DNA of 64,000 nt from Peribolospora baueri (lineage: Eukaryota), in the NCBI GenBank assembly GCA_029717555.1, contig JAMDHS010000021.1, forward strand, positions 1 to 64,000, written 5' to 3'. The position numbers and the translations under genes are program-made. The notes below the pieces were generated by a model that did no database searches, was not told where the DNA came from, and saw only the letters and a list, made by a program, of their open reading frames with translations. Shown here one piece after another: positions 64,000 through 64,000 of this stretch; position 1 is the stretch's first letter, and every line of letters begins with the position of its first letter.

Positions 64000-64000
64000 T

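Overview
This window is intron-rich, GC-rich eukaryotic DNA from a basidiomycete fungus, with GTRAGY donors, CTRAC branch points and YAG (sometimes AAG) acceptors. I spliced about 27 protein-coding genes by hand. In order: MAP1 (5' part), a DUF2841 protein, 6-phosphogluconolactonase, MBF1, a HAD hydrolase, SIW14, a doubtful small ORF, QCR6, a hotdog thioesterase, MET17, a CMD/AhpD-enol-lactonase fusion, a STYX-like phosphatase, DUF1275, COQ1, two tandem F-box-like paralogs, DPM3, PRP28, ALG9, UBE2W, an RRN11-like gene, GABA transaminase, KRE6/SKN1, COX16, a CaM kinase, a coiled-coil hypothetical and a BAH-PHD protein. I recognised no rRNA, tRNA, CRISPR array or intact mobile element. The main observations are: (1) obligatory 2-nt micro-exons in MAP1 and QCR6 and a 5-nt one in MBF1, each needed to keep the reading frame; (2) a gap-free degenerate MADS-box at the N-terminus of the DUF2841 protein, suggesting an unrecognised transcription factor with an NRF1/EIN3-like architecture; (3) a decarboxylase-first CMD + PcaD-like fusion; (4) a STYX-like protein that keeps its catalytic Cys; (5) a PHD finger split by about 360 aa that appears to have lost one zinc site; (6) a duplicated COX16 3'UTR. 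Family assignments come from recalled motifs, not database searches.
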